Source: Octopus vulgaris (Eukaryota). Taken from it: 64,000 nt of DNA. The notes under the pieces are model-generated. The model did not search any database and was not told the DNA's origin. It worked only from the letters and a program-made list of their open reading frames with translations. How positions within the stretch are numbered: position 1 is the first letter of the stretch; the number at the start of each line of letters is the position of its first letter. The position numbers and the translations under genes are program-made. The stretch spans positions 806,001 to 870,000 of the forward strand of contig OX597829.1 of assembly GCA_951406725.2 (NCBI GenBank), given 5' to 3'. Shown here one piece after another: positions 25,006 to 40,735 of this stretch.

Positions 25006-25896
25006 AGTATACACGTTTCAAATTAAACTTGTTGCTCTTCGAGAAGAGAAACCTTGCTACAAACGCGTGGATGACATGACACAAGTTTTTGTCGTTGTTG
25101 TAAACTGATAAATAATTCCATTGAAGAAACTCAATATTATTATTTTTCAAGCTAGAAACTACTTTCTAGAAAATATTGGTTAAATTCCTGCTGGAATTGA
25201 TTTACATGTGTTACTTTAATGCATTATTCAGCAGATTAGTCAACTGAAAGAACTGATATCTATAATGCTTAACAGCATAACGCAAAAACACCTATATGAG
25301 ATATACTATACATTTAAACGCGACTCTTCTGTCTTGCTAAACAAACTGCCGTGTTAAGACGGACGTAATTGAAAACGAGCTAATAATTTGTGAATTGTAT
25401 TCGTTGACATTTACATATTCTCATCTAGACTTGTTAAATGCTAACCTCAAGTCATACATATGTTGATACTTTAAAATTTTTTCAAATTTAGAAATTAATA
25501 ACTACATATAATTGCAAATTAGCAATTCTAAAAAGGATACTATAATATGTGTTTTGTGAAAATTATTTTTAATGTTTAATGCTATTTGTAAGATGATGTT
25601 TAATGGTTTATTGCTGTTGATAGTGCAAAGGAAACAACCAAAATTCTTCAGACTGCTTTGGTAATACAAGAACATAATAATAGAGATACACTTCTCTCTT
25701 GTGCAAAACTGTCATCGCCAATTAACATATTTTACTATAGACAGTTGAGCGTTTTGTTGCTTTGTTACAACACATCTTGAAATATAGTTCTTTAACTATA
25801 AAGAATATGAAAATTAAGAAAGATACCCAAATCCATCAATAGTCAGCGCCCACTATTATTGGGAGGGTTCTGGTAGTAGAGTCCTCAGGTATTGCC

Positions 25897-26127
25897 TATT
25901 TCTTTATTGTCCACAAGGGGCTAAACACAGAAGGGACAAACAAGGACAGACAAACGGATTAAGTCGATTATATAGACCCCAGTGCGTAACTGGTACTTAA
26001 TTTATCGACCCCGAAAAGATGAAAGGCAAAGTCGACCACGGCGGAATTTGAACTCAGAACGTAACGGCAGACGAAATACGGCTACGCATTTCGCCCGGCG
26101 TGCTAACGTTTCTGCCAGCTCGCCGCC
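25897..26127 (-). mobile_element. SINE family A, full length
   Basis: Reverse complement of the family consensus. Confidence 0.92.
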
Positions 26128-27999
26128 TATTACTCTGATGTCATATACCGTCCTGATGTCATATGGGCCGCATATCTTTTGTATCATTTCCGAGAGGCCT
26201 TTCACATGGGTAGACAGACTGTGGTCAGTTTATGGGTTTCATCCTCTCTTCTCTTCATAATTGGAGTGGATAGTATGTTTCGGGGGTAGTTGCTGCATAA
26301 TAGATTGTCTTCGTAACAATCTATAATAGTAGCAATCTATAAGTAACAATCTATTAAGCAGCTCACCTGCGACGGACTGGTGTCTCGTCCAGGTGGGGAA
26401 CTTATACGCCAATGAACCCGGGAAACCGGCAACAGTTTGTCTCCTGTTCAATTATTTTATATTGTTTTCACTATAGACGGTCCGTGAGACTAATCATTCT
26501 CATTTAAATGAGTTTCCTTCTGTTATAAGTAACATTATAGCAATCTGCTTTCTCAGTGTCCAAGAGGTCGATCTGAAATTAGATACAGCTATAATTCTAG
26601 GAATGCCATATCTCATTACCAACATAACAATCTTTCCTCCACCTCCCCACTTCTTTTATATTCTCTACCATGTGAGATATTTTAGGAATTTATGTTTGGT
26701 TCTATAAATTTCATCCACCCGTATGGAGAACACCTTGGAAGTCAGCTGTATAACAATTACGCATCAAAATGTGTAGAATAACTGATTTAATATAAATAGG
26801 TTAGAAGCACGAAACTATTACATTTAAGAAGCCTAAGACACTTATACTGTAGAAACACGTGTCGGAATTTAATATAGTGAAAGCAAAAATGAATTTAAAA
26901 ATATTTTGATGATGCAGAGTTCTCTATTCTTTATGATATTTTTATAACAATCTGGAATCGTTCGAAGCGAACTCGTGATACAACAATGAAAAGGCGTACG
27001 ATTATACTTGGTTACAAAACTATAACTATTTATGGTAAATATTCTAAATGCTTCCAAATATTCGATATAGGTAGCCACTAATGGATTTTATCAGAGTGCT
27101 CGCAGAGTATCCAGTTGGATTATATTATATATGCATATATATGTATGAAAGTTTGTATGTATATCTATACAAAAATTCATATATGCATACATACATATAT
27201 ATATACATAAATATATATAATTACATATATATATATACATATATATATATATGTGTATATATATATATATTATATATATATATATATATATGCATTATAA
27301 TATCAATAGACAGAGAAAGAGGTTTAATAGATATATATATATATGTGTTTGTGAGTGTGTATGTGTGTATATACATATATATATATTTGTAATATTTCTC
27401 TCTCTCTCTATATATATATATATATACACACACACATACATACTTATATGTGCACGTTCATACACACACACACTCAAATATTTATACACACTTATGTGTG
27501 CATGTATAGACATGCTCAATGCGCATTTATAGTGAGAGCGTGTCTGTGTGTAAAAACAAGCACACACATATAATCATTTACCATTTGTTTGTCTTTCTCC
27601 CCATAACCTCAATTCTATGTTTCAGTAAAAATTCTCCTTTACTTCGATTCTTATGCTATTTACCAATAAAACCTAGCCTTCGCTTCCATTTATTAAAAAA
27701 AATTCCATTTACCATTGTCTTTTATTCCTTAAATTTATCGACGAAAGTTCCTTGTCGTTTTCACTTAACCTCTTTCTCTCAGATGTTCTTAAAATACTTC
27801 GAATTGTAGTCCCCAACCCTACCGACTTTAACATGGCTCTTCTTTTATCCATATTCCACTCGCAGACAGACCAATGATTCAAGATGAGACGGTATTCTTC
27901 CTTCCAGTGTGAGTCAATTCCTTCGCCGCCTATCACTTTTTTCTTTCTCGATCCGATGCTTCGACGATATTTCTGGAAATTTCCAGTTTTATTTCTTAT

Positions 28000-29826
<1,827 letters not shown>

Positions 29827-29866
29827 ATATATATATATATATATAGTGTATATATATATATATATA

Positions 29867-31533
29867 CACTACCGTCAGAAATTAATTAGCACCCTTGATT
29901 TGCTCTTCACTCAAGGTATGTGCTGTCACCTAGTGGCCATATCTCGAACTATTGCTTTGTTGTGAGTTCACTGTTGCGCAGAACGATGACGTAACTTTGT
30001 TTGCAGAGCGGTTTGAGAGTCTACAGCCTAATGATGTTGACATAGCAGTGCAACAACAACTTGGAGTGCGGATGCAGACAAATCTTCCTTTGTTTAATAG
30101 ATATAGGTAGCGCCTCGCAAGGACCGAAATCGCACCGTACTAAGTTTTCTCATCGCGTAAGACGTTTTGAACAGCTTGTAGGTTAATTGATTTGTGTATT
30201 TGCAAGATTTTTTTTCCTCACAAATTCTCCTATACTCTGCTTCGTGACGTCACTTCCGGTTCACAAAACATTCTGTTATACATCAAATAAAGTGAGAAAT
30301 TCTGCTTTCTTTCTTTTTTGTTTAATGAATAATAACTCATAGCAGTTTTGTTATAGCATAACATTATTCAAATGAATAGTTTTAATGAAAATAACTGTTT
30401 TTTATCGTTCATTCCTAGATGGGCCCAAGACCTCGCATGACCTTGGAGAGACGGTACGAGGCTCTCTCGTGGCGTGGGAAGCTGTCGGAGGCTGCAATAG
30501 CCAGAAAACTTGGTGTAGCCAGGCGCACAATTCAGTGCTTATTTAAGAAATACGAAGAAACCGGATCAGCAGCTGACAAAAAGGGTAGGGGACAGAAGAG
30601 GCTGACGACCCAGCGGGAGGACCGGATGCTGATCCGAAAGTCGCTGAACAACCGAAGGGCAACGAGCCGGCAACTGGCGGAGGAGATGCAAAAGGTGACA
30701 GGGAAGCAGTTGTCTACAACCACCGTCAAGACCAGATTACTGGAAGCTGGTCTAAAATCCTGTAGGGCCGCCCGTAAGCCGCTCCTTACAGCCCAAAACT
30801 GGAAGAGGCGGCTGCTCTGGGCCCGTGCCCACAAGACATGGACCGTGCAGCAGTGGCGGACAGTGATGTTCACTGACGAGTCGCGATTCAGTCTCGTCAG
30901 TGAATCGCGATGTGCGATGGTGCGATGTGGTCTGATGGTGTGGGGGGGCGTTCAGCTACAGTGGTGTTGGGCGGCTCTATGCCGTCGAAGGCAACATCAA
31001 CGCAGCAAAGTACGTTGAGATAGTACGGAATGCTGCCCTACCCTCTGCGGGATACCTCTTTGGTGGCGAGGAGTACGTGCTCCAGCAGGACAACGCGCCT
31101 CCCCACACAGCCAAGCTCACAACCGGTTTCTTCAAGGAACATAGGGTGACAGTCATGGACTGGCCTGGCCTGGCCTGGCCAGTCACCTGACCTGAACCCT
31201 ATTGAGAACCTCTGGAGTCGATTGGGTAGGGATTTGAATGTGCAGCAATACAGGAACCGACACGAGCTGTTTGGGGCACTTCTTGCTGCATGGAGGATTA
31301 TCCCTGCACAGTACCTGCAGGCGCTCATAGACAGTATGCCGGCCCGCGTAGCAGCTGTCATTGCTGCCAAAGGAGGAGCAACAAGATATTGACTATTATG
31401 TGGTATGCTGGGATATGTTTTAACAAATTTTTGATTAAAAACGAGTTCGTTTCTGATAATAAGTTAATTAAATTAAGAAAATGTAAGAAAACGTAGAAAT
31501 TTGAGAAGTGCTAATTAATTTCTGACGCAAGTG
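29867..31533 (+). mobile_element. Full-length Tc1 transposon with a disrupted transposase
   Basis: 26-bp TIRs CACTACCGTCAGAAATTAATTAGCAC (2 mismatches), TA flanks; coding region 30419-31392 with HTH, VMFTDESRF, QQDNAPPH, SPDLNPIENLW; frameshifts. Confidence 0.95.
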
Positions 31534-31773
31534 TATGTATATATGTATATATATGTATATAATTATGTATATATATACATGTGTATATGTATATATATGC
31601 ACACACATAAATATATATACTTATATATATATATATAAACGTATGAAGGTATTGTAAATACAACTTAATATATCTGTGTACTTGTGTACGTATATATAAC
31701 TATATATATATTTATGTGTGTGAGTATTCCTCTGTGTGTGTAAGTGTGTGTGTGAGAGAGTGTCAGTGTTTGT

Positions 31774-31821
<48 letters not shown>

Positions 31822-32364
31822 GTGTAATGTGGATATTCATATATAATTATATAGATTCCAACGTTTTTCATTGAATATATATTCCGTTCCGACATTCTAC
31901 AAATGTGTTTCATAGTTAAATGTAACTCACACACGCACACACTCATGCACACATACGTACACACACTCACACACATACTTATCTTAAAAGGTTAATACAG
32001 AAGACGGAGTGTAACCAGCAACCTATTGTAGCACAACAATCGTTTCGGCTTCATCCTCCATTGCAGCCTAGTGGACATAGAACGATGTAATTACACCTGA
32101 TGCAACGAACACATATGTTTGACGTCATAAGAGTTTGTAAAGTATTGAGAGAACGTGGAATAATTATTTATTTGGAATTGGTTCCTGAAGAGCAATGGTA
32201 TGTAAATATTGGATAGAATATATCTTTTCTTTAGAAAATGTCCAAACCTGCCCGTAAGACTCGAAATGTGGCAGCTTTCGATTTTGTCTGTTCGAAAGAA
32301 TTACCTGTAGACCGAGATCCAGTCTTTTAGAAGGTCACTATGTATATGTATATCTAAATGTGTG

Positions 32365-32504
<140 letters not shown>

Positions 32505-32703
32505 CATATATACATACATACATACCTACATGCAACCCAAAAACTGTTATTGCCACTTGATATCATTAGGCTGTAGTCGACATAGAACTTTTACATGCAT
32601 TTCAACCACATTTCCTAATTAAATCTAACTCACATACGCACACACAACACACACACGCACACGCACACACGCACTCATTCACACACACATATATATGTAC
32701 ATA

Positions 32704-32778
<75 letters not shown>

Positions 32779-33033
32779 GGATGTATGTATATGCATATAT
32801 ATATATATATGCATATTTATATAAAGGTGTACATTTAGATACATATAGATGTGTGTGTATATATATATATATATATACACATACATACAAACACGTGCAC
32901 ACATACGTGTGGGTGTATATATAAATATATGTATATGCAAATATATATATATGTATGTATGTATATTTATATATATACATACATACATACATATATATAT
33001 CTGTACATATTTATTAGATATATATATACTTAA

Positions 33034-33080
<47 letters not shown>

Positions 33081-33126
33081 TGTATGTATGTATGTATGTA
33101 TGTGTGTGTGTTCGCGATGTGTGTGT

Positions 33127-33212
<86 letters not shown>

Positions 33213-33663
33213 GGTGAAATGTTTTGAGCCATTAGATTGCGCGATAGACTGTCTCACTCAATTTTCTTGAAGCGTTTCATCTTTTCGGGATTGATAAATT
33301 AAACATCAGACCAGGTCAGTGGATTATCGAATTTGTTATCTGTTCCGGTTCTTTGCATTCTGAGTTCAAGTCTCCCACCTTACTCGTTGAAGTACTATCG
33401 ATAGCAAGGGCACTCCGAACTGCTGGTGTCTATTTTAGTGCAATACAACAAAGAATAAAACAATTACAACTGCTTAGGAGATTCCGCAATTTTAATGAAC
33501 GCGTAGAAACTAATGCGGTATGCGTTGATCACAACAGACTCAAACATTCATACTTTAAAGCGATGTTGCTGGATTTACTGTTCTACACACACGCACATGC
33601 ACGCGCACACACATACGTACAAACACACACACATGCACATATGTGTGTGTACATATCTGTATA

Positions 33664-34058
33664 TCTTTATATATAAAAGTGAAGTTGTGTGTCTGTCTCC
33701 TACGATTTAGATTCCTAACTACTCCCACATTTTGCGGTGCAGTGTAACCAAAAGCGGGTATCTTATAGTCGTGATTCATATCGAGCCCTTCTGGGTATTA
33801 GCGCGCGTCTACGATGAATCTACGATTTAAAAAAAAATTTACTATAATTTTTTCCCATTTTTAATGCATTTTGTTGCTATTATATACGGGAAGTAACTCT
33901 CTAAAAATGTATTATTAAATCTCAGAACGTAAAAAGCTACAGTAACACCCCCCTTTGTGGTTAGCCATATTGAGATGGCTATTATACATTACATCTCTAA
34001 AAATGCTTATATAGTTTTTTCCCTTACAAACCCGAGCAACGCCGGGCGATACTGCTAG
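33664..34058 (+). mobile_element. Non-autonomous Helitron
   Basis: A|TC start; subterminal hairpin CCCGAGCAACGCCGGG; CTAG|T end. Confidence 0.85.
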
Positions 34059-34097
<39 letters not shown>

Positions 34098-34100
<3 letters not shown>

Positions 34101-34302
34101 CGGGAAGGTTTACGAAAATAAGTAAAAGTCGAAAGCAGGTGGAGTACAAACAAACAAATGTATTAGTATGGCGATGAGGAATAGAAATAGAACAAGTCTT
34201 TTACGTTTCGAGCCTACGCTCTTCGATAGATAGATACACAAAAAAGTAACAAGGAGAGAAACAAGGAGAGAAAAAAATGCGTGTTGGAGCTAACGATCTA
34301 TC
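34098..34302 (-). mobile_element. Hammerhead-like short element, copy 2 of 4
   Basis: Motif 34197-34234, core CTATCGAA. Confidence 0.8.
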
Positions 34303-34370
34303 GCGCGTGCGTGTGTGAAGGGTTCGTTTTGTAAATAACAGAATAACAGAGTATGTAAATGTGTGCGTGT

Positions 34371-34424
<54 letters not shown>

Positions 34425-34459
34425 GGTGTGTATGTGGGAGTGCAAGCTATGGATATGGG

Positions 34460-34592
34460 TGGGTCGGCAAAAGAGACCGATGTAGTAAGTACTAGGCTTC
34501 GAAAGAATAAGTCCTGGGGTCGATTTTCTCGACTAAAGGCGATGCTCCAGCATGACCCCAGTCAAATGACTAAAACAAATAAAAGAGTAAAA
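34460..34592 (+). mobile_element. Family B SINE, 3' half
   Basis: CGGCAAAAGAGACCGAT..CAGCATG..CAGTCAAATGACT. Confidence 0.8.
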
Positions 34593-34619
34593 CAATTTAA
34601 AATAATTAAAAACAATTTT

Positions 34620-34870
34620 TAAAAAGTGTTGTGTGGAAGATATCACTGGAAGGAGAGGTCATGGTTAATCCAAATAGAGTTTGCGTTCTGAGAGTGAAAA
34701 TGTAACCCTGCTCAAGGCGTAGTCTGGTGTTTGTGGATCCTTTGTGCCAGGCCGAAGTGGTAGGGGTGGAAAATGAGGAGAATGGAGATGCGGTTTGGAG
34801 ACTGGTGTGGAAAAGGAGAGAAGGCCGTAACGCGAGCGGCTCGATGATCATGGGTAAGAGTGGTCTAGAA
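34620..34870 (-). mobile_element. Putative Penelope-like element GIY-YIG C-terminal remnant
   Basis: RLRLEQGYIFTLRTQTLFGL resembles the PLE terminal motif R..EQ..IF.L.T..P.GLN. Confidence 0.45.
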
Positions 34871-34877
34871 TAGGGTG

Positions 34878-35228
34878 CACATGGTTCCGGGTTCCCTCCC
34901 ATAGCGTTGCAAGTAGGGCAAGTTTTCTACAATAATCTCGGGTTGTATGTATGTATGTATGTATGTATGTATGTATGTATGTATGTATGTATGTATGTAT
35001 CTATGTGTGTGTGTGTGTGTGTGTGCTTGACCACCAACCATCGCTTGGCAACCGATACCGATGTTGGTGTGATTACGTTCCCGTAACTTAGCGGTTCGGC
35101 AAAAGATACGATAGAATAAGTACTAAGCTTACAAAGAATAAGTCCTGGGTCGATTTCTTCGACTGAAAAACCATTTAAGGCTGTATTTCAACATGGCTGC
35201 AGTGAAATGACTGAAACGCGTAAAAATA
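34878..35228 (+). mobile_element. Diverged family B SINE with an internal (TATG)n
   Basis: CACATGGTTCCGGGTTC..GGGCAAGT; GTAACTTAGCGGTTCGGCAAAAGA. Confidence 0.75.
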
Positions 35229-35237
35229 AAGGAATAT

Positions 35238-35284
<47 letters not shown>

Positions 35285-35579
35285 TATATGCATATATATA
35301 TGCATATATATATATGCATATACATATATGTGTGTGTGTGTATGTATGTATATATATATGTACATATGTGCATACACACATATATACATGCATATATAAA
35401 TTCATACATATATACACACACACACATACACACACATACATACGTACTAATTACATATACATGCATACATACATATATATATATATATGCATATATATGC
35501 ATATATATATATATATATTTATACCGGAGTAAACACATAAATGTGAAACAAGTTGGAAAAAAGAGTACTCAAATACCAG

Positions 35580-35732
35580 TATTTAAAGCAGCATAAAATT
35601 CAACAAAATCTGTTACTCTGAGTTTCTCGTTGCCGTTCATCAGCCCGTCGTATTCTAACAAAAACTGTCTGATGAACGGCAACGAGAAACTCAGAGTAAC
35701 AGATTTTGTTGAATTTTCTGCTGCTTTAAATA
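35580..35732. repeat. 64-bp inverted repeat carrying hammerhead cores
   Basis: 35580-35643 vs 35669-35732, one mismatch. Confidence 0.92.
35665..35702 (+). ncRNA. Minimal type I hammerhead fold
   Basis: CTGT-CTGATGA-ACG GCAA CGA-GAA-ACTC A GAGT-A-ACAG. Confidence 0.72.
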
Positions 35733-35860
35733 AAGTATATACATTTATATATATATGTATATATATATATATATATACATATATATTTATATATATATAT
35801 ATATATGTATATATACGTATATATATGTATAAATATGTGTATATATATACATATATTTAC

Positions 35861-35938
<78 letters not shown>

Positions 35939-35939
35939 A

Positions 35940-38350
35940 CACTACTCTCGGATCACAACATGATAGAGCTGACCATGTACGGGCCAAAAGTGAGCACGGA
36001 CATGCAGCCTACAAGAAACCCTCAAAATCTTTCCAGCTTGAACTACCATAAGGCAAACTGGAAACAAATTGAGAAAGAGATCCTCAAACAAAACTGGCCT
36101 AAATGTCTCTCCTCGCCAGACATCGACGTGAAACTTCAACAATTCATGTCTGTAATGCAAGCCATATGCTACAAATGTGTCCCAGAGAGAAAGGCCACTG
36201 TACACAAGAACAAAATCCCCAGAGAGAGGAAAATTTTAATGAGACGGCGTACGAAATTTTCAAATCGCCTAAACAAACAGATTGAAAGCAGTGAAAAGTC
36301 CCGCCTAAAAATAAAACTGTTGGAAATCGAAAAATGTCTGCAACTCTCCCATGAAAAAGAAAGAGCAGACAAAGAAGCCTGGGCTATAGAAAACATAAAA
36401 TCTAACCCCAGAGCTTTCTACAGGTATGCCAAAGAAACAGCTACAGTGCACTGTAGAATAGGGCCACTCCTCGAAAAGGATGGCACACTTACAGGAAAAC
36501 CAATGAGGGTAAATGAAATACTGAATGAGCAATTCAAGAGTGTTTTCACTCCACCCCTTGGGCATCTCCAAATCACCAATCCAACTGACTTTTTTACCAC
36601 TGCAGATATAAAATCAGAGGCGGCGACGATAGATTACATCGATATAAAGGAAGACGATGTAACCAAGGCTATAGATGAAATGAAAACAGACTCAGCTACT
36701 GGCCCCGATGGATTCCCGGCAATCCTCCTAAAAGCATGTAAGAGAGTCCTAGCAAGACCACTGCAGTTCCTCTTTCAGAGCTTCCTTGCAGCTGGCAAAC
36801 TTCCAGGAAAACTGAAGGAAGGTAAAATATGCCCCATTCATAAAGGAGGTAGCAGAGCGGAAGCCAAGAACTATAGACCTATCTCTCTGACCTCACACAT
36901 CAGCAAGGTCATGGAACGAATAGTCAGAAGGAAGCTGATCACCTTCCTTGAAGAGAATGACTTGCTGCCCGACACCCAACATGGTTTCCGACCAGGGAGA
37001 AGCTGTTTAACTCAGCTCCTACAACACTATGACTGGGTGCTGAAACGGCTGCTCAACCACTCAAATGTAGAAGTGATATATCTCGACTTTGCAAAGGCCT
37101 TTGATAAAGTCGATCATGGAATGATGTGTCACAAACTGCGTGATCTCAACATAGTTGGAAAACTGGGAGAATGGCTTCATGACTTTCTGAAGGATAGAAG
37201 TCAGGTGGTAGTAGCCAATGGGGCCACCTCCATTAACACACAAATAGTGAGCGGTGTTCCGCAGGGCACTGTTCTGGGACCACTACTGTTCATAATGGCC
37301 CTCTCAGACATACCCTCAGCCACGCAGAGAGCCACGATCACAAGTTATGCAGATGATACAAAAGTTTCACAGGCAATACAGAACCCTGAGGACACTAAAC
37401 ACCTGCAATGTGAGCTGGACGAAATATACAAGTGGGCTGAAAAGAATAGCATGCAGTTCAATGCTGGAAAGTTTCAAGCTTTATACTATCAGCATGCAAA
37501 ACTGAATGCAATACCCAATGAATACACTGGACCCGGAGGGATTGCAATCCCAGAGGCACAATCAGTGCGTGACCTGGGTATTCACATGAGTGATGACGCG
37601 ACCTTTCATGTACATGTTGCTAAACTGACAATGAAATGTAGACGGCTGGCTGGATGGATTCTTAGAACCTTTAGAACAAGAGAACAAGGAACCATGATGG
37701 TCCTCTGGAAGACACTTGTCCTAAGCCACTTTGACTATTGCTCTCAGTTATGGTCACCATCCAGTGTCAAGTTGATCACAGAACTTGAGGCGATCCAACG
37801 AAGCTACACGAAGAAGATAGCCTCTATGCAGAATGTAAGCTACTGGGAAAGACTCAAGAGATTAAAATTATATTCCCTGGAGCGTAGGCGGGAAAGATAT
37901 GCCATAATATACATCTGGAAGATCCTGGAGGGAAGTGTCCTGAACTTTGGCATCGAGAGTTACGCAAATGCCAGAACTGGGCGCCACTGCGTGGTGCCTA
38001 GGACTCCAAACCTGCCATCAAGATGTAGGACAAGATTCTGTGATAGCCTGGGCTTCCGAGGCCCACAGCTCTTCAATATCCTCCCGAAGAACCTGAGAGA
38101 CCTGCATGGGGTGGATACAGATGTCTTTAAAATGAAGCTGGATCTCTTCCTGTCAGGTGTCCCAGATGAACCAACTTCACAGCAGGAGGGGCAGATGAGG
38201 GCAGCTGCATCGAACTCTCTCATGCACCAAATAGCAGTTGCTAGAAAGCCCCCATGAAGTGAAACCAAGTAGCAACACCAAATGGCGGTGCCCCAGCATG
38301 GCCACAGCTCATAAGCTGAAACTAGAATCAATCAATCAATCAATCAATCA
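35940..38350 (+). mobile_element. 5'-truncated CR1-group LINE with (AATC)n tail
   Basis: Begins at the APE C-terminal SDH motif; complete RT; short 3' UTR. Confidence 0.93.
35942..38257 (+). CDS. LINE ORF2 reverse transcriptase, open frame, endonuclease missing
   Basis: [62 protein letters not shown]. Confidence 0.9.
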   Translation, partial: LLSDHNMIELTMYGPKVSTDMQPTRNPQNLSSLNYHKANWKQIEKEILKQNWPKCLSSPDIDVKLQQFMSVMQAICYKCVPERKATVHKNKIPRERKILMRRRTKFSNRLNKQIESSEKSRLKIKLLEIEKCLQLSHEKERADKEAWAIENIKSNPRAFYRYAKETATVHCRIGPLLEKDGTLTGKPMRVNEILNEQFKSVFTPPLGHLQITNPTDFFTTADIKSEAATIDYIDIKEDDVTKAIDEMKTDSATGPDGFPAILLKACKRVLARPLQFLFQSFLAAGKLPGKLKEGKICPIHKGGSRAEAKNYRPISLTSHISKVMERIVRRKLITFLEENDLLPDTQHGFRPGRSCLTQLLQHYDWVLKRLLNHSNVEVIYLDFAKAFDKVDHGMMCHKLRDLNIVGKLGEWLHDFLKDRSQVVVANGATSINTQIVSGVPQGTVLGPLLFIMALSDIPSATQRATITSYADDTKVSQAIQNPEDTKHLQCELDEIYKWAEKNSMQFNAGKFQALYYQHAKLNAIPNEYTGPGGIAIPEAQSVRDLGIHMSDDATFHVHVAKLTMKCRRLAGWILRTFRTREQGTMMVLWKTLVLSHFDYCSQLWSPSSVKLITELEAIQRSYTKKIASMQNVSYWERLKRLKLYSLERRRERYAIIYIWKILEGSVLNFGIESYANARTGRHCVVPRTPNLPSRCRTRFCDSLGFRGPQLFNILPKNLRDLHGVDTDVFKMKLDLFLSGVPDEPTSQQEGQMRAAASNSLMHQIAVARKPP

Positions 38351-38621
38351 TATATATATATATATAAATGTGTGTGTGTGTGTATATGTATATATATATA
38401 CATATATATATATATGCGCATACACACACTTACACCTATATATACTTTCGCTTCATCTATCTTAATTTCTCTCTGAACTTTCTTCCTTCGCTCTAACTTA
38501 GTCGTTCCAATAAAACTGCAACGTCTACTCCTCTCCCTTTCACTAACAACTTTCTTTCCATTCTCTCTCTTTCTTTCTCTCTCTCTCTCTCACTCCCTCT
38601 CCCTCTCTCTCTCTCTCTCTA

Positions 38622-38659
<38 letters not shown>

Positions 38660-38966
38660 ATTGTATTTCAAACCGTGTCCGTGTGTTCCTTGCTGCCCCC
38701 TCTTCCCCTTGTGTCATTATCATTCCAGATGTAAGGCCGTATCTCTCAGAACCAAGGACTATTTCTTCCCGATCACTTGACATGTGTCATCTGTAGAGAG
38801 AAGGGTTAGGGTTGGGATTGGCGGGGTGGGGGGGAGGGAAGAAGAGTGGCATATCATAATGAAACAGAATTGCTTCAACTGCACACTGTCGATGAACGAA
38901 ATACATCCTATGCACAAACATATATATATATATCATATATATATATGTATGTATATATCATATATG

Positions 38967-38998
<32 letters not shown>

Positions 38999-39377
38999 CG
39001 ATATATGATATATATATATATATGTATATATCATATATGTATATATATGTATATATGTATATACATATATATATGTGTGTGTATGTTTGTGCATATATAT
39101 ATATAGTTATGTATGTATGCATATATATATATATATATACACACACATTTATATTTATATATTCATCTCTATTATATATATACACACATATATATGTATA
39201 TTATATATATATATGTATATATCATATATGTATATATATGTATATATGTATATACATATATATATGTGTGTGTATGTTTGTGCATATATATATATAGTTA
39301 TGTATGTATGCATATATATATATATATACACACACATTTATATTTATATATTCATCTCTTTTATATATATACACACA

Positions 39378-39432
<55 letters not shown>

Positions 39433-39433
39433 G

Positions 39434-39566
<133 letters not shown>

Positions 39567-39732
39567 GTATGTATATATATATATGTATGTATATATATAC
39601 ATACATACATATACGCAAGCACGTACATACATGTGTACACACGTGCAGACAATTCACAATAAGCGACAAAAAACATAGCAACAGCATGCTCTCCGACGCT
39701 CACTATGCTATGATTAAATCTAGAATTCCCGC

Positions 39733-40070
39733 ATAGAATAAGTATTAGGCTAACAAATAATAAGTTTTGGGGTCATTTTGTTCTACTAAAACCCCTGAAT
39801 GTGCTGCCCTAGCTTGGCCGTAGTCAAATGACTGAAACAAGTAAAAGAGTAAAAGAATATAATCATATATTCATGTATTTGTTTCAGTCATTTGGCTGCG
39901 GCGGCCATGCTGGAGCACCGCCTTTAGGCGAACAAATCCACCTCAGAAATTATTCTTTGTAAGCGTAGTACTTGTGTCTTTTGTCGAACCGTTAGGTTAT
40001 AGGGGATGTAAATACGTCAGCACCGGTTGTCAAGCAATGATGATGGACAAGCATAGACACACACACAAAT
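39733..40070. mobile_element. Two family B SINE 3' halves, tail to tail
   Basis: Plus-strand tail 39733-39858; minus-strand tail 39878-40070. Confidence 0.75.
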
Positions 40071-40121
40071 ATATACATGCATGTGTGTGTGTGTAACTAT
40101 ATATGTATGTATGTATGTATG

Positions 40122-40155
<34 letters not shown>

Positions 40156-40174
40156 ACTATATATATTTGTATAT

Positions 40175-40493
<319 letters not shown>

Positions 40494-40526
40494 ATGGCGT
40501 CCTGACAAGCCCGTCGTATATGTATG

Positions 40527-40628
<102 letters not shown>

Positions 40629-40735
40629 TGTATGTATGTATGTATGTATGTATGTATGTATGTATGCATGTATACATGTATGTTGGCTACGGCCTCTTGG
40701 AGTAAAGTTTATTATGTTATATTATATTATATCAA

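Noticed and set aside
25008-25045. TCGAAGA..GAAACGTGTA on the minus strand
   Set aside because: Stems I and II do not pair
32030-32275. Hammerhead half-motifs (GAAACGATTGTT on minus; CTGAAGA..GAAA on plus)
   Set aside because: No complete core with stems could be built; at most remnants
35630-35941. N-terminal ~104 aa of the 875-aa ORF
   Set aside because: Runs through the inverted repeat and (TA)n from a TTG start; chance fusion to the truncated LINE
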